DNA from: the human T2T-CHM13v2.0 reference genome, Homo sapiens
Length of the DNA: 64,000 bases
Reading direction: 5' to 3' (one strand)
Assembly (NCBI RefSeq): GCF_009914755.1
Contig: NC_060935.1
Position numbers and translations under genes: made by a program. The notes under the pieces were generated by a model. The model saw only the letters and a list, made by a program, of their open reading frames with translations. It searched no databases and was not told the DNA's origin. Numbering within the stretch: the stretch's first letter is position 1; each line of letters begins with the position of its first letter. Shown here piece by piece: positions 15,868-27,730 of this stretch.

Positions 15868-16670
15868 CAGAAGTTGAGTAACTTTTTCTATTTAGAGCTT
15901 CACAGTAAATTTTGCCAGCTTTGTGGGTCATATGGTCCCCTGTGGCAACTATTTAACTTTGCCAGCGTAGAATGAAAACATACATAGACAATGTGTAAAC
16001 AAATGAATGTGTCTGTGTTCCAATAAAACTTTATTTATGGACGCTGAAATTTGGTATCATATTATTTTCACATGTCAACAAATATCATTCTTTTGTTCTC
16101 TTAAAACTGTTTATGTTAGTCTTCTAGGGCTGCTGTAACAAATTATCACAAACGTGGTGGCTTTCGGCAACAGAAATTTATTGTCTCTCAGTTCAGAGGC
16201 TAGAAACCTGAAAGCAAGGTGTTGGCAGAGCTATGCTCCTTCTGAATTTTCTAGGGAAGAATCCTTTCCTTGCCTCTTTGAGCTTCTGGTAGATCCTGGG
16301 AATCCTTGGTGTTCCTTGGTTTATAGCCGCATCATTCTAATCTTTACCTCTGTCATCACATGGCCTTCTTCTCTCTATGTCTGTGTGATTTTGTATTTGG
16401 ATTCCCTCTTCTTTCTCTTATAAAGACACCTGTCATTGGATTTGGTGCTTCCTCTAATACAGTATGACTTTACATTAGCTTGATTACATCTGCAAAGACC
16501 CTATTTCCAAATAAGGTCACTTTCACAAGAACCAACATACAATTTATCATTTGGGGACAATATTCAACCCACTACACTATTAAAAAATAGAAAAATAATT
16601 GTTATTTTGTGGGCCATACAAAACAGGTGGTGGGGTGGATTTAGCCATGTGCTCTATTTGCTTATTCCTG
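15868..16670. mobile_element. MER58 (hAT-Charlie) interrupted by an MLT1 LTR
   Basis: catagacaatgtgtaaacaaatgaatgtgtctgtgttccaataaaactttatt; resumes at 16577 with gggccatacaaaacaggtggtgggg. Confidence 0.75.
16112..16576 (-). mobile_element. MLT1 (B/C-like) solo LTR
   Basis: ttagtcttctagggctgctgtaacaaattatcacaaac ... attcaacccactaca; 5-bp TSD ctgtt/ctatt. Confidence 0.85.
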
Positions 16671-16739
16671 CTCTAGCCAGAGTTGCCTTTTTATTTATTC
16701 TCTCAATAGATGCCTTATTCTTACTGGGAAACAAGTTGA

Positions 16740-16990
16740 GAATTAACATTTATTGAGCCCCTACCATCTTCCAGACATTTTGCTGGGTTTCTTGACATCT
16801 TTTCTCTTGTTTATTCTTCAAACAATCCTATAAAGCACATATTATCAGTAGCTCATGAAACAAGCTGAAAACATTATTAAATTTACTTGCTCAAGCTTAC
16901 ATAATATAGCTAAGAAACAGTGACTCTAAGATTTGAATCTGCACCTGAAACTAAGTGATGATAATGTTTTTCTCTTTCTACTCTATCACT
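16740..16990 (-). mobile_element. MIR
   Basis: aacatttattgagcccctacc ... acttgctcaagcttacat ... gatttgaatc. Confidence 0.6.
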
Positions 16991-17099
16991 GTAGTTTCTC
17001 TGTGTGTAATGACTTAACATTGCTCCTTGCAATAGGTCTATAATCCTTAATCTCTTGTTTTAGCCCTTCATTAGGATGATTTCACATGAGCAATGTTTC

Positions 17100-17420
17100 A
17101 TGTCTAATTTAGTTGCTTTGGCTTTATAAACAGAAACCAATTTGGTTGGCTTAAGATAAAAAAATAGGAATTAAGGGGAAGGACATTTTGATGGCTCAGA
17201 ATTGAAAGAAGTTCTAAAGAGTCGAGTCTCAGGAAAAAATGGAACTAGGGCATCTACGGGAACTTAGCAGCAGGACCTTTTATATGACACTGCCATTAAG
17301 GTGACTCAGCTCTAACATTCCCCTCCTTCCACCTTGCCTTTAACCTCAAATTTTAATTCTTTAGAGGGAGAATCTGTTTGGCTTATTTAGGTATAATCTT
17401 ATGCTGGATCAAACTACCTT
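17100..17420 (-). mobile_element. Old MLT1 (J/K-like) LTR fragment
   Basis: aacagaaaccaatttggttggcttaagataaaaa motif. Confidence 0.45.
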
Positions 17421-17944
17421 AGCAGGTGGGAGGCCGCAGGGGAAGGGGGCATGGCTCAAATGTGACCTGTGTAGCATTCTTCCTGAATTAAAGCATAACT
17501 CAGTTTTTTTTCAATGACACTTTTTGAGTCAAGTGACATTCATGAGGCTTCTCTGTGTCATAAAGGGTCGTGTGGAATAATCTTCATTTAATACGTATGT
17601 GTTGTTATATCCTGATATGTACCAATGACAGTGATAAATCTGAATTTAGAAATCTTTCCTCTATGTTAGGTTATATTCTCTTCTGTTCTTCCATAGCTGT
17701 TAGTTCATTATTCTGTAGTAGTAATTTTCCTTCCTTTCTCCTCCTTCCCTTCATTTATCCCTTCCTCCCTCCTTTTTCCCCTCTATGCCTTCCTCTCTTA
17801 CTTCTGTTCTTCTCTCATTACACTGATAAGCTTTTCCAGAGCTGGGATTTTATTTAGTCATATTTATCTTTTAATGCTTGAAACAGAAAATGCTGTTAGG
17901 GTAAATACTAATTTTGTTTCCTTGCTTTAGTTGCTACTTCTCTT

Positions 17945-18785
17945 ACTTCACAAATACTGAGTAATTGCTCTGTGTCTGGTATTGTTTTGAGGCCAGGGCA
18001 CGAATGAGGCTCTGTACTTGACTTGACTCGTTAGAACTTCTTTCAATTCTCTGAGCCATCAAAGTGTCCTTCCCTTTAATTCCTATTTTTATCTCAAGCT
18101 AACCAAATTGATTTCTGTTTATAAAGCCAAAGCAACTAAATTAGGTATGAAACACATACATGTGTGTTGTGTTTGAGGCCAGGGCACAGATAGCCAATGC
18201 GCTGTCTTTGTAGACCTTACATAATAGAGGGAAAGTGGGACAATAATCCAATAAGTAAATAAATTAAAATTGTAAATGTCAGAGGTGGAAGTGCTAGGTA
18301 GAAAATAAGCAGGGTAAGAGTAGTTGTGGGGGAATGGAGGTGCTTTTGGTCTGGAAAGGCCTCTCTGGAGAGATGTCATTGAGTACACTCCGAATGATGT
18401 AAAGGAGCTGTTAATACATCTTGAGAAAATCTTATGCAAGAGTGTAATGAATAATAAGGAAACAGGTCCCAAGATGACAACAAGTTTGATTCATTTGATT
18501 TATAGCTAAGGAGTCTGTTATGTCTGGACAGAATGGTATGAAATGAGGTTAGAAAGATAGACAAAAGCAGATTGTATTTAGGATATTGTAGGCTGTGGTA
18601 AAGAGTTCGGACTTTAAATGTAATAGAAAACCATTGGAGACTTTTAAAAAGCAAAAAGTGATGTGATAGGATTTGCATTTTTAAAACTGTTACTCCAGCT
18701 GATTTGGGAAAAAGTAATTGTAAAGGGGATGGACAGCAGTTTTAGAAGATGGGGGTCAGTTCTCAGACTACTGCATCAAATTATA
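17945..18785. mobile_element. L2 fragments
   Basis: caaatactgagt..., gaaaggcctctctggagagatgtcattgag, gaaaaccattggagacttttaa..agtgatgtgataggatttgcattttt. Confidence 0.6.
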
Positions 18786-19018
18786 AGAGCTCTAGAAAAT
18801 TTACATATAAATGTTTTACAAAATTCATTTAAACAATCTTTACAGATAATTTACTTAAATGAAGATAAATTCTGTTTAACTCCTAAAATTTATACTGATT
18901 TTACTGTTTTAACAAAGCAAATTTCGTACTCATTACCTGGAACATATACCTTTTATTTCCCTGCCATTCTCACTCACCCCTTCTTGTTTGTTTTCAACAG
19001 TGATATCAAGGAACAATA

Positions 19019-19139
19019 TTTTATTGTATTGGGATCTGCTTTATGGCCAGGCTGGTCTTGAATTCCTGACCTCAAGTGGTCCACCCGCTTTGGCCTCCCA
19101 AAGTGTTGGGATTATGGGCTTGAGCCACTATGCCCGGCC
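19019..19139 (-). mobile_element. Alu left-arm monomer (FLAM-like or truncated Alu)
   Basis: ggccaggctggtcttgaattcctgacctcaagtg...gcccggcc; flanking acaata repeat. Confidence 0.8.
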
Positions 19140-21589
19140 TACAATACCTGTATTTTAATTCACAAAATCAACATAAATCTTTATTGATCATTTTGAAAAA
19201 TAATTATAATAATATTTATCAGTAGGCTCTTAAAACTTAATTTTTGTGGCTGTCTCTTTAGAAGTTCATACTATTATGCCTGTGTGCATAAATGTATATT
19301 TATATGTATAAAATAGTGTCAAAAACATTTATATTAAAATTACTTCACTTTTATCAAATATTTTATAATTTCATTAAACATTTACTAATAATTATTCATC
19401 CTTTCAATAAAAAAGTTTAAAAATGACTATAATTGAAACAATTACATTAACTTTCTAGCAAAAAATTTAGTATACTGTGTTCTTTTTTTTGGAAGGAAAT
19501 TTAGTTCTCGCTAAAAATGTATACATTTAAAAGTGCTAAGGGTTTTGTTTTGCTTTGCTTTTTAAAATATATATATATATACTATATGTACATACTTGCA
19601 GGAGAAAAGGACTCATTGTATGGTTAGAATGTGATGGTTTTAAAAAACATGGTTTTCATTTTTTGTGTTAAAAATTGTTAGTAAAGTCCCCATGAAGTAT
19701 AGCAAATGCTATAGAAATACTAGAAGGAAGCATTACCTTTAATGAAGGCTGGTTTTAATTACTAAGTAGGTGTATGTACTGTATGTGTTTCTCAAATTTA
19801 TGTTTGGATTCTGAATTCTTATTAGAGTAATTTATGATGGAATTAAAAGTCAAAAGCAGGGGTAAACTAGTACAGGAAATGGTGAGAAATTGTGGAATTA
19901 GGGGGAATGATTAAGAATTGGAATCTGTTACATCCTTTTCAAGAATACATATATAAGTGTAGATAAAAAAGTCTGAGCTCATTTATGGTATATTTATTAA
20001 CAGCCCTAGCCTGGTAAAAAACAACATCGATTTGAACAGTTTTGGATATTTTCCAGCTCCTGTTTACTTTGTTAAAACCATAAAAAAAGTAATCTGGTTC
20101 CTTTTGACTTAAATAAGACAAAGAATTCAATACCGAGGCCCTGTTTATAGGTTGTTAAACATTTCACTTTGGTGTCTGAGGATAATGTTTAGCATTGTGT
20201 TCAATTAGTGTGAACTAATCTAAGTTGAAGTGTCAGATTCCTAAACGTCTTACTTCAATTAATACAAAATACTAAGGGCTCCATTCATTCCAAATTATTG
20301 CTCCATGGGTGCCAGCCACACAGTCTCCATGGCAGGCCTTTCTGTGGGCTAATCAAGATTCATGGCCTCCAGGTTTTGTGGCACTGGCGTTTTAGTATCT
20401 GGAACGTCACTTTTTCTTTTTGTGAGCTTCTCTGTTTTGATCCCAGGTTCTTTCTCCCATTCTAAGTTATGTGTGGAATTGAACTTGTATGATACTCTGA
20501 TGTAGTTAGAAGTGAGTATAATTTGGTATAGTATACTGGAAATCTATTAAATTATATAAATTCAAACAAAACTATATGCCAATTTAGGATGTTAGTCTTC
20601 AGTAGACTAAGTTTCTGTAAGAGGCCAGTTAAAGACAACAGCAAGTTTGTTTCTTCCTACCTACCAGTGTTAGGGCTAGGTGTTGATTAAGTGGTGAAGT
20701 AGGCACATTTTTTGTTTGGTGCTTTGGCACCTTTTTCAGCATGTCTGTTCCTAGTTTTGTTTTTATTATTTTTTTCAGTTGCTTATCTTTTTAAGTTTCT
20801 TGTGTCCATTGATATTTGTAACTTAATGTAAATATTTGTTATTGAATGAAAAAAATGCTGAATGTCCAGCAGAATACAATAATGTACATGTGGTTTCAGG
20901 CTCTGTGAGAAGAAATATCTGCTTTGGAGGTGGGAGGAACTTTGAACATCTCTTAAATTCAAATAGGCAAATAAGTGTTCTATCTCATCATGCTTGATCT
21001 AGAATCTTACTTTGGCTTTTTTTTGTCCAACTCTAGTTATTCTCTGAAGTGGTTACACGGATAATAGAGACATTGCTATAGATAATAGTGGTATGGTCTA
21101 GTAAAACACTTGGTTTCTAACCTTAATTTTCTGTTAAGGATTTTAGAGCTGGAAAACAAAACTACAGCCCTTCTATACCTTGATGACCCCCTTTTTCCTA
21201 GTCTTAATTGTGCCTGTATATGCATGTATGTTAGCATGTATGATTGTATGCATTTGCATATACATGTTTACGTATTTGCTTCAAATCTCTTACTGCTTTG
21301 TATTCCTCTGACTCCAGATCTTTGCTCTAGCTGTTTCAACCTTCTGCGTGTTCTTTTTTTTCTTGCAGATTTCTGATACTTGTAATAAGAGAATCTCTAC
21401 AAGACTAAGTGTTGATTCTCTTCCTACTAAGAGAAGTTTCAGGAAATGCTTTTGATTACTGATTTACTGCTATATGTATGGTACCATTAAGCAGGTAGTC
21501 AGTAAATATTTGTTGAACAAATAATTATGCTTTGATGTATGTTTAGATACCTTCAGGATACTTGATGAACTGTTTTGTTAACTCTAAGA

Positions 21590-21875
21590 AAAATACTAGT
21601 AGGAAATGAACTCTTATCTATTGCTGGTAGGAGTGTCAATTTGCAAACACTTTGGAAAACGGTTTGTTACTTTTAAATAAAACCAAACATGTACACATCA
21701 ACCCATTCTTTAAGTATATTCTAGAAAAATTTCTAACTGTATGTAGAAAATAGGAGAAACCAGCAAGAATATTTAGAGCAGCATGTTTGTAATTATGAAA
21801 ACTCAATTCAACTCGAGGGTCCCTTAGTAGTTGAATGAATAAGTAAATTCTATATTTATGCAATGGAATACTATA
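21590..21875 (+). mobile_element. L1ME-type 3' fragment
   Basis: ttgctggtaggagtgt..aacactttggaaaac ... caatggaatactat. Confidence 0.6.
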
Positions 21876-22108
21876 GTATATAAGCTTAAGTTGATTCTAA
21901 GAAACTCCAATGAATTATTTCTTCCAAATGCCCTTGCTGTTCCCTATTTGGAAATTAAGCAGGTTTAAGGTTTTTTTTTTTGTTTTTTTTTAACCTAGAG
22001 TTATAGCTTAACTCTAAATATCTGGAGCTTTTGTGTCTTCTAACTATCTGATTTTAAAATTTAAAACCTCTACTTTGCTCGTAAAAAAAACTTAGCATAG
22101 GTTTGTAG

Positions 22109-22470
<362 letters not shown>

Positions 22471-22472
22471 AA

Positions 22473-22770
22473 TTTTTTTTTTTTTTTTTGAAATGGAATC
22501 TTGCTCTGTCACCCAGGCTGGAGTGGAGTGGGGCAATCTGGGCTCACTGCAACTTCTGCCCCCCGGGTTCAAGCAATTCTTGTGCCTCAGTTTCTTGAGT
22601 AGCTGGGGTTATAGGCCTGTGCCCCCACACCTGGCTAATTTTTGTATTTTTAGTAGAGATGTGGTTTTGCCATGTTAGCCATGCCGGTCTCAAACTCCTG
22701 ACCTCAGGTGATCTGCCCTCCTTAGCCTCCGAAAGTTCTGGGATTACAGGCGTGAGCCATTGCGCTCGGC
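22473..22770 (-). mobile_element. AluSx-like
   Basis: Full dimer; outer TSD ttatt(c/t)cttaat at 22169 and 22773. Confidence 0.92.
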
Positions 22771-23044
22771 TGTTATTTCTTAATGTTTTTGTCATAAATA
22801 CTATACAACTGGTTACATTCTGTCTTTGGAAAAAATGTACCCTAAATTAATAGAATGTAAGTATTCAGGAAATGATTTCATAATTCTCCAGACATCTAGA
22901 ATAAAGAATATGGGAATGCAGAGTGTATACTCCAAGATAATGATTTTATTTTAATAAATTGAGGCAAGTTCTTCAGTGGGCTTCTAGATTTCTTAGGATA
23001 CAAGTAGCAGGATACGTAATTACAGGTGACTTGCAGTATAAGTA

Positions 23045-23144
23045 CATTTAAAAAAAAAAAAATTATAAGGAGTCTTGAGGGTACCAGTTCCAGCATTTTT
23101 TTTTTTAAGTAAATTACAAGGAGTCTTGAGAGTACCAGTTCCAG
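23045..23144. repeat. ~50-bp tandem duplication
   Basis: aaatta(t/c)aaggagtcttgag(g/a)gtaccagttccag at 23060-23093 and 23111-23144. Confidence 0.9.
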
Positions 23145-23599
23145 GATTCAGTGATATCAAGGGCCCAGGCTTTTTCCATCCCCTACTCTGCTGATCTTGT
23201 TTCATTTGTGTTTTGCTTTCATGCTTATCAATAAATTCTATGATAATGATGATAGTAAGGATAGTGAAGGACATAAAATTTCATCTTTCTACTGTTTTCC
23301 TAAGAGGGCCTGGATGAACAAACTGGAAGTTAGGACATACCTCTTTGAAAGTAATGTTCTATTGAGATCATGTTAGAAATCATATGACTAATTCCTGATG
23401 TGAAAAGAGAATGGCCTTTCATATTGACAGTTCCTCCTTGTGTCCTGCCATCCCCTCTTCTTTCCCTACTGTCTTTTTCATGGGTTATAGAGATTAGACT
23501 GTGTGTCTGGGTATCGCTATCATTATCAATGACTCTTGGAACTATAGTATGGGATGAGTAGCTGTTAAACCTTTTGTAATTTTAATTTCTTCTAATTTT

Positions 23600-23728
23600 T
23601 TATTTAATTGTGGAGACTGGGTCTTGATAAGTTGCCCAGGCTGGTCTTGAGCTCCTGGCCTCAAGCGCTCTTCCTATCTTGGCCTCCCAAAGTGCTGGGT
23701 TTACAGGAGTGAAACACTGTACCAGGCT
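23600..23728 (-). mobile_element. FLAM_C monomer
   Basis: ttgcccaggctggtcttgagctcctggcctcaagcg...aaagtgctggg. Confidence 0.82.
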
Positions 23729-23989
23729 CATTAGATGTTTTAAAATGAGTTAAATTCAAATTATTGGAGTGATCTAATTTCACCCATTTTTTATATTGAT
23801 TAAATAAATTGGTTTGTATAAAAGGTGCTAATTCTAATTTATGTGTTTAGTTATAGTTTTCTTTTTTTTTTTTAACCTTGGGATGTGACCTTCTGGTTTC
23901 TTCTTTCTTTTTAGATTGTACATATATCCTTTAACAAATTAGGCTTTATTTATTTATTTATTTATACCCTTCCTATTGTGCTGATAGGC

Positions 23990-24340
23990 TTTATTTTTTT
24001 AAACCAGTTTTTGCTTTATAGAAACCTTGAGTGGAAAGTACAGAGAGTTCTCATATTACTCTGTTTCCCCTATTTTTAAAATCTTGCATTAATGCATTAC
24101 ATTTGTTACAATTAATGAACCAATATTGATGCCTTATTATTAATTGAAGCTTATAGTTTACATTAGGGATAATTCTTTGTGTTGTGTAGTTCTATGGGTT
24201 TGGACAAATACATAATGTCATATATCCACCATTACGGTATCATACAGAATAGTTTCACTGCCCTGAAAATCCCCTGTGCTCTACCTATTCATCCCTTGCA
24301 GCCACTTTTTACTGTCTGTATGGTTTTGCCTTTTTCAGAA
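23990..24340 (-). mobile_element. L1MC-type 3' end
   Basis: gaaagtacagagagttc..., gttacaattaatgaaccaatattgat, catacagaatagtttcactgccct. Confidence 0.7.
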
Positions 24341-24702
24341 TGGGAGAATTGTTTGTTGGTGTGTATCCCTCACTAGAGTGTGGTCTGCTGGGGATAGGGA
24401 ATGTGTTATGTATACTATTATATCTGCAATGCTATGTGCCTGGCCCACAGTTAACATTCAACTCCTCAGTGATGAATAAATGAATAATTTATTGCCCAAG
24501 ACTACCATGAATATAATTTAATCTTCATGAGAGGATATACTGCATAGTGATTATTATAAACTTACTTGGGCTTTGGACATAGAATACCTGATTTGTGATC
24601 CTGAGTTTGCCACATACAGTGTGTCCCTGGGAAAGTGACTTTTCTATGCCTGAATTTCCTTACCTATAAAATAAAATTAAAATAGAACATAACTCATAGG
24701 GG

Positions 24703-25213
24703 AGGGGTCCCCAGCAATACCAGTCCGTGGCCTGTTAGGAACTGGGCCATACAACAGGAGGTGAATGGCAGGCTAATGAGAGAAGCTTTGTCTGTATTTA
24801 CAACCTCTCCCCATCGCTTGCATTGCCGCCTGAGCTCTGCCTCCTGTCAGATCAGTGACAGCGTTAGGTTCTCATAGGAGCGAACTCTTTTATGAATTGC
24901 GCATGTGAAGGATCTGGTTGCTCACTCCTTATGAGAATCTAATGCCTGATGATCTGGCACTGTCTCCTGTCACCCCTAGATGGGACCATCTAGTTACAGG
25001 AAAAAAGGCTCAGGGCTTCCACTGATTCTACATTGTGGTGAGTGTATAATTATTTATTTCATCATATATTACAATGTAATAAGATAAATAAAGTGAACAG
25101 TAAATGTAATGTGCTTGAATCATCCTAAAACTATCTGCACCCCCTCCCCGCCACCACCCATTGCTGGTTCATGGAAAAATTATCTTCCATGAAACCAGTC
25201 CCTGGTGCCTGCT
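24703..25213. mobile_element. MER1A (hAT-Charlie) inserted in a MIR (24540-25295)
   Basis: aggggtcccc..cagtccgtggcctgttagga ... tcttccatgaaaccagtccctggtgcc; 8-bp TSD-like tcataggg. Confidence 0.85.
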
Positions 25214-25669
25214 GTCATAGGGTATTGTGAGCATTACTTGAGATAACACATACAGTACCTAAGGCAGTGATTGGCACATAGAGAAGTTAATTAATGTTTT
25301 TAAAAATTATTATTGTTATTAGAGTTTTGCATAGGCTTATATAGGCTAGCCTGGCTTATGTGCAAGAATTAATGGAAAGTCCTTATGATTTAAGAGTTAA
25401 TTAGTAGTATATATATAAGTGGCTTTACTATTGTCACTATTGATTATAATGTACATGATATTGGATTCATTGTAGTATAACACTAACAAAATTAAACTTT
25501 GATTTTGAGGTAGTCTTGACTCTTTTAATATGCTTAATGAAGGGTATAATCAGAGATAAACCTCTCAATATATGACATTTGTCTGTTTAGATCTTTGTAA
25601 TGCTAACTACAATTATTAGTGTTTAACAACTTTATTGAAGTTTATTTAATATTTAATAAAATAGGCTTG

Positions 25670-26218
25670 CAGTAGTCCCTGTCTATCCACAAGGGATACA
25701 TCCCAAGACCCCTAGTGGATGCTGGAATTTGCAGATTGTACCAAACCCTATACATACATACCTATGGTATGTTTTTTCTCTATACGTACAAACCTATGAT
25801 AAAGTTTATCTTACACATTTTTCACAATAAGGGATTAGTAACAATAATAAAACAAAGCCGTTATAACAATATGCCAGCACCACTATTTGTGCACTTTGGG
25901 GCCATTATTAAGTAACGTAAGAGTTACTCAAATACATGCACCATGATACCAGGACAGTCGATGTGGTAACTGAAAGGGCTAAGTGCTAACTGGTACATAG
26001 CATCTATAGCGTGGATACCTGGACAGGGACAATTCACATCCTGAGGTGAGAGGGGGCAGGACAGCTTAAGATGTTATCAAACTACTCATAATGGCAAACA
26101 GTTTAAAACTGATGAATTATTTATTTCTGGAATATTCCATTGAATATTTTTGGACTGCAGTTGATCATGGATAACTGAAACTGCAGAAAGTGAGACTGAG
26201 GAAAAGACTAGACTACTG
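25670..26218. mobile_element. MER44 (Tigger7-derived)
   Basis: Terminal inverted repeats cagtagtc ... gactactg. Confidence 0.82.
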
Positions 26219-26990
26219 TATTTACAAATACAATTCAATACGTTTTGACATGTTTATACACCCACGTAACCATCACCACATACTAAGATAATGAACCTAA
26301 AACATCATCCCCAAAATTTCTTCATGATCCTTGGTAAGTCCTCCCCACCACTCACATACCTCATGGATGCCTTCTATTACTGTAGATTTGTTTATATTTT
26401 CTAGAATTTTATATAAATGGAATCATAGACCATGTCAACTTTTTCTGAAGTTACTTACTCTTGATCCCTCTTTACAAAACCACTTTATTGAGGTATAATG
26501 AAGTATAAAAACTATACATATTTAAAGTATATTGATACATTTTGACATACATATATATCAGTGAAACTGTTACCACACTCAAGGTAGTGAACATACCCAT
26601 TACTCTACAAATTTATTTCCTTTGGTAACCTCTCCTTTCAGCTTCTCCCTCCCACTTTCCCAAACAACCACTGATCTGCTGTCACCATGGATTAGTTTGC
26701 ATTTTCTGGAGTTTTATATAAATGGAATCATACAGTACATACTCTCTTTTTTATCTGGCCTCTTTCAGCATAATTATTTTGAGATTCATTTATTTTATTT
26801 TGTGTAACAATGGTTCATTTTTATTGCCGATAAGCATTCTGTTGTTTGGTTCTATCATGATTCCTTTTTCTATTTGTTATTTGGGTTGTTTCTAGGATTT
26901 GATGATTATGAGTAAAGCTGCTACAGAATTCACATACAAGTCATTGTATGGGCATATGCTTTCATTTTTTTTTTCCCTAGGGGTGCTGGT

Positions 26991-27383
26991 TATATTAGTT
27001 TTCTAGGGCTGCCATAACAAGTAACACAGACTGTGTGGCTTAAACAGCAGAGATTTATTTTCTAACAGTTCTAGATCTAGAAGTCTGGGATCAAGGCGTT
27101 GGCAAGGTTGGTTTTTTCTGAGGCCTCTTTCCTTAGCTTGTAGATGGCTGTTTTCTCCCTGTGCCTTCATATGGCTTTTCTGTCCGTGTGCCTGTGTCTA
27201 AATATTTTCTTCCTGTAAGGATGCCAGTCATATTGGATTTGAACCCACCCTAAAGGAGCTCGTTTTAACTTAATTACCTCCTTAAAGATCATATCTCCAA
27301 ATACAGTTACATTCTGAGATATTGGGGGTTAGGACTGTAACATATATATTTTTTGGTGGGTTGGGGTGCACAATAAAGCTCAC
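26991..27383 (-). mobile_element. MLT1A-like solo LTR
   Basis: tattagttttctagggctgccataacaa ... ctccaaatacagttacattctgagatattgggggttaggac. Confidence 0.85.
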
Positions 27384-27427
27384 AGTGGAGGTTATATGGA
27401 GAGCACATGTCTAGTATTTTCAAATTT

Positions 27428-27730
27428 CGTTTAGTTTTGTTTTTAGAGACAGGGTCTTGCTCTATCATCCAGGCTGGAGTGCAATAGCATTATCACATCT
27501 CACTGCAATGCAAACTCCTGGGCTCAGATGATCCTTTCACCTCAGACTCCTGAGTAGCTGGGACTGTAGGCATGTGCCACCAGGCCTGGCTTATTTATTT
27601 ATTTATTTTTGTAGAGGTGGGGTTCTCACTATGTTGCCCAGTCTGGGCTTGAACTCCTGGACTCAAGTGACCCTCCCACTTTGTCCTTTTGAGTAGCTGG
27701 GACTACAGGCGTGTGCAACTGCACCCAGCT
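27428..27730 (-). mobile_element. AluJ with an atypical left arm
   Basis: Dimer; both arms carry gagtagctgggact. Confidence 0.82.

Noticed and set aside
18663-19061. 132-aa ORF
   Set aside because: Non-ATG start, begins in L2, ends in an Alu arm, no recognisable protein
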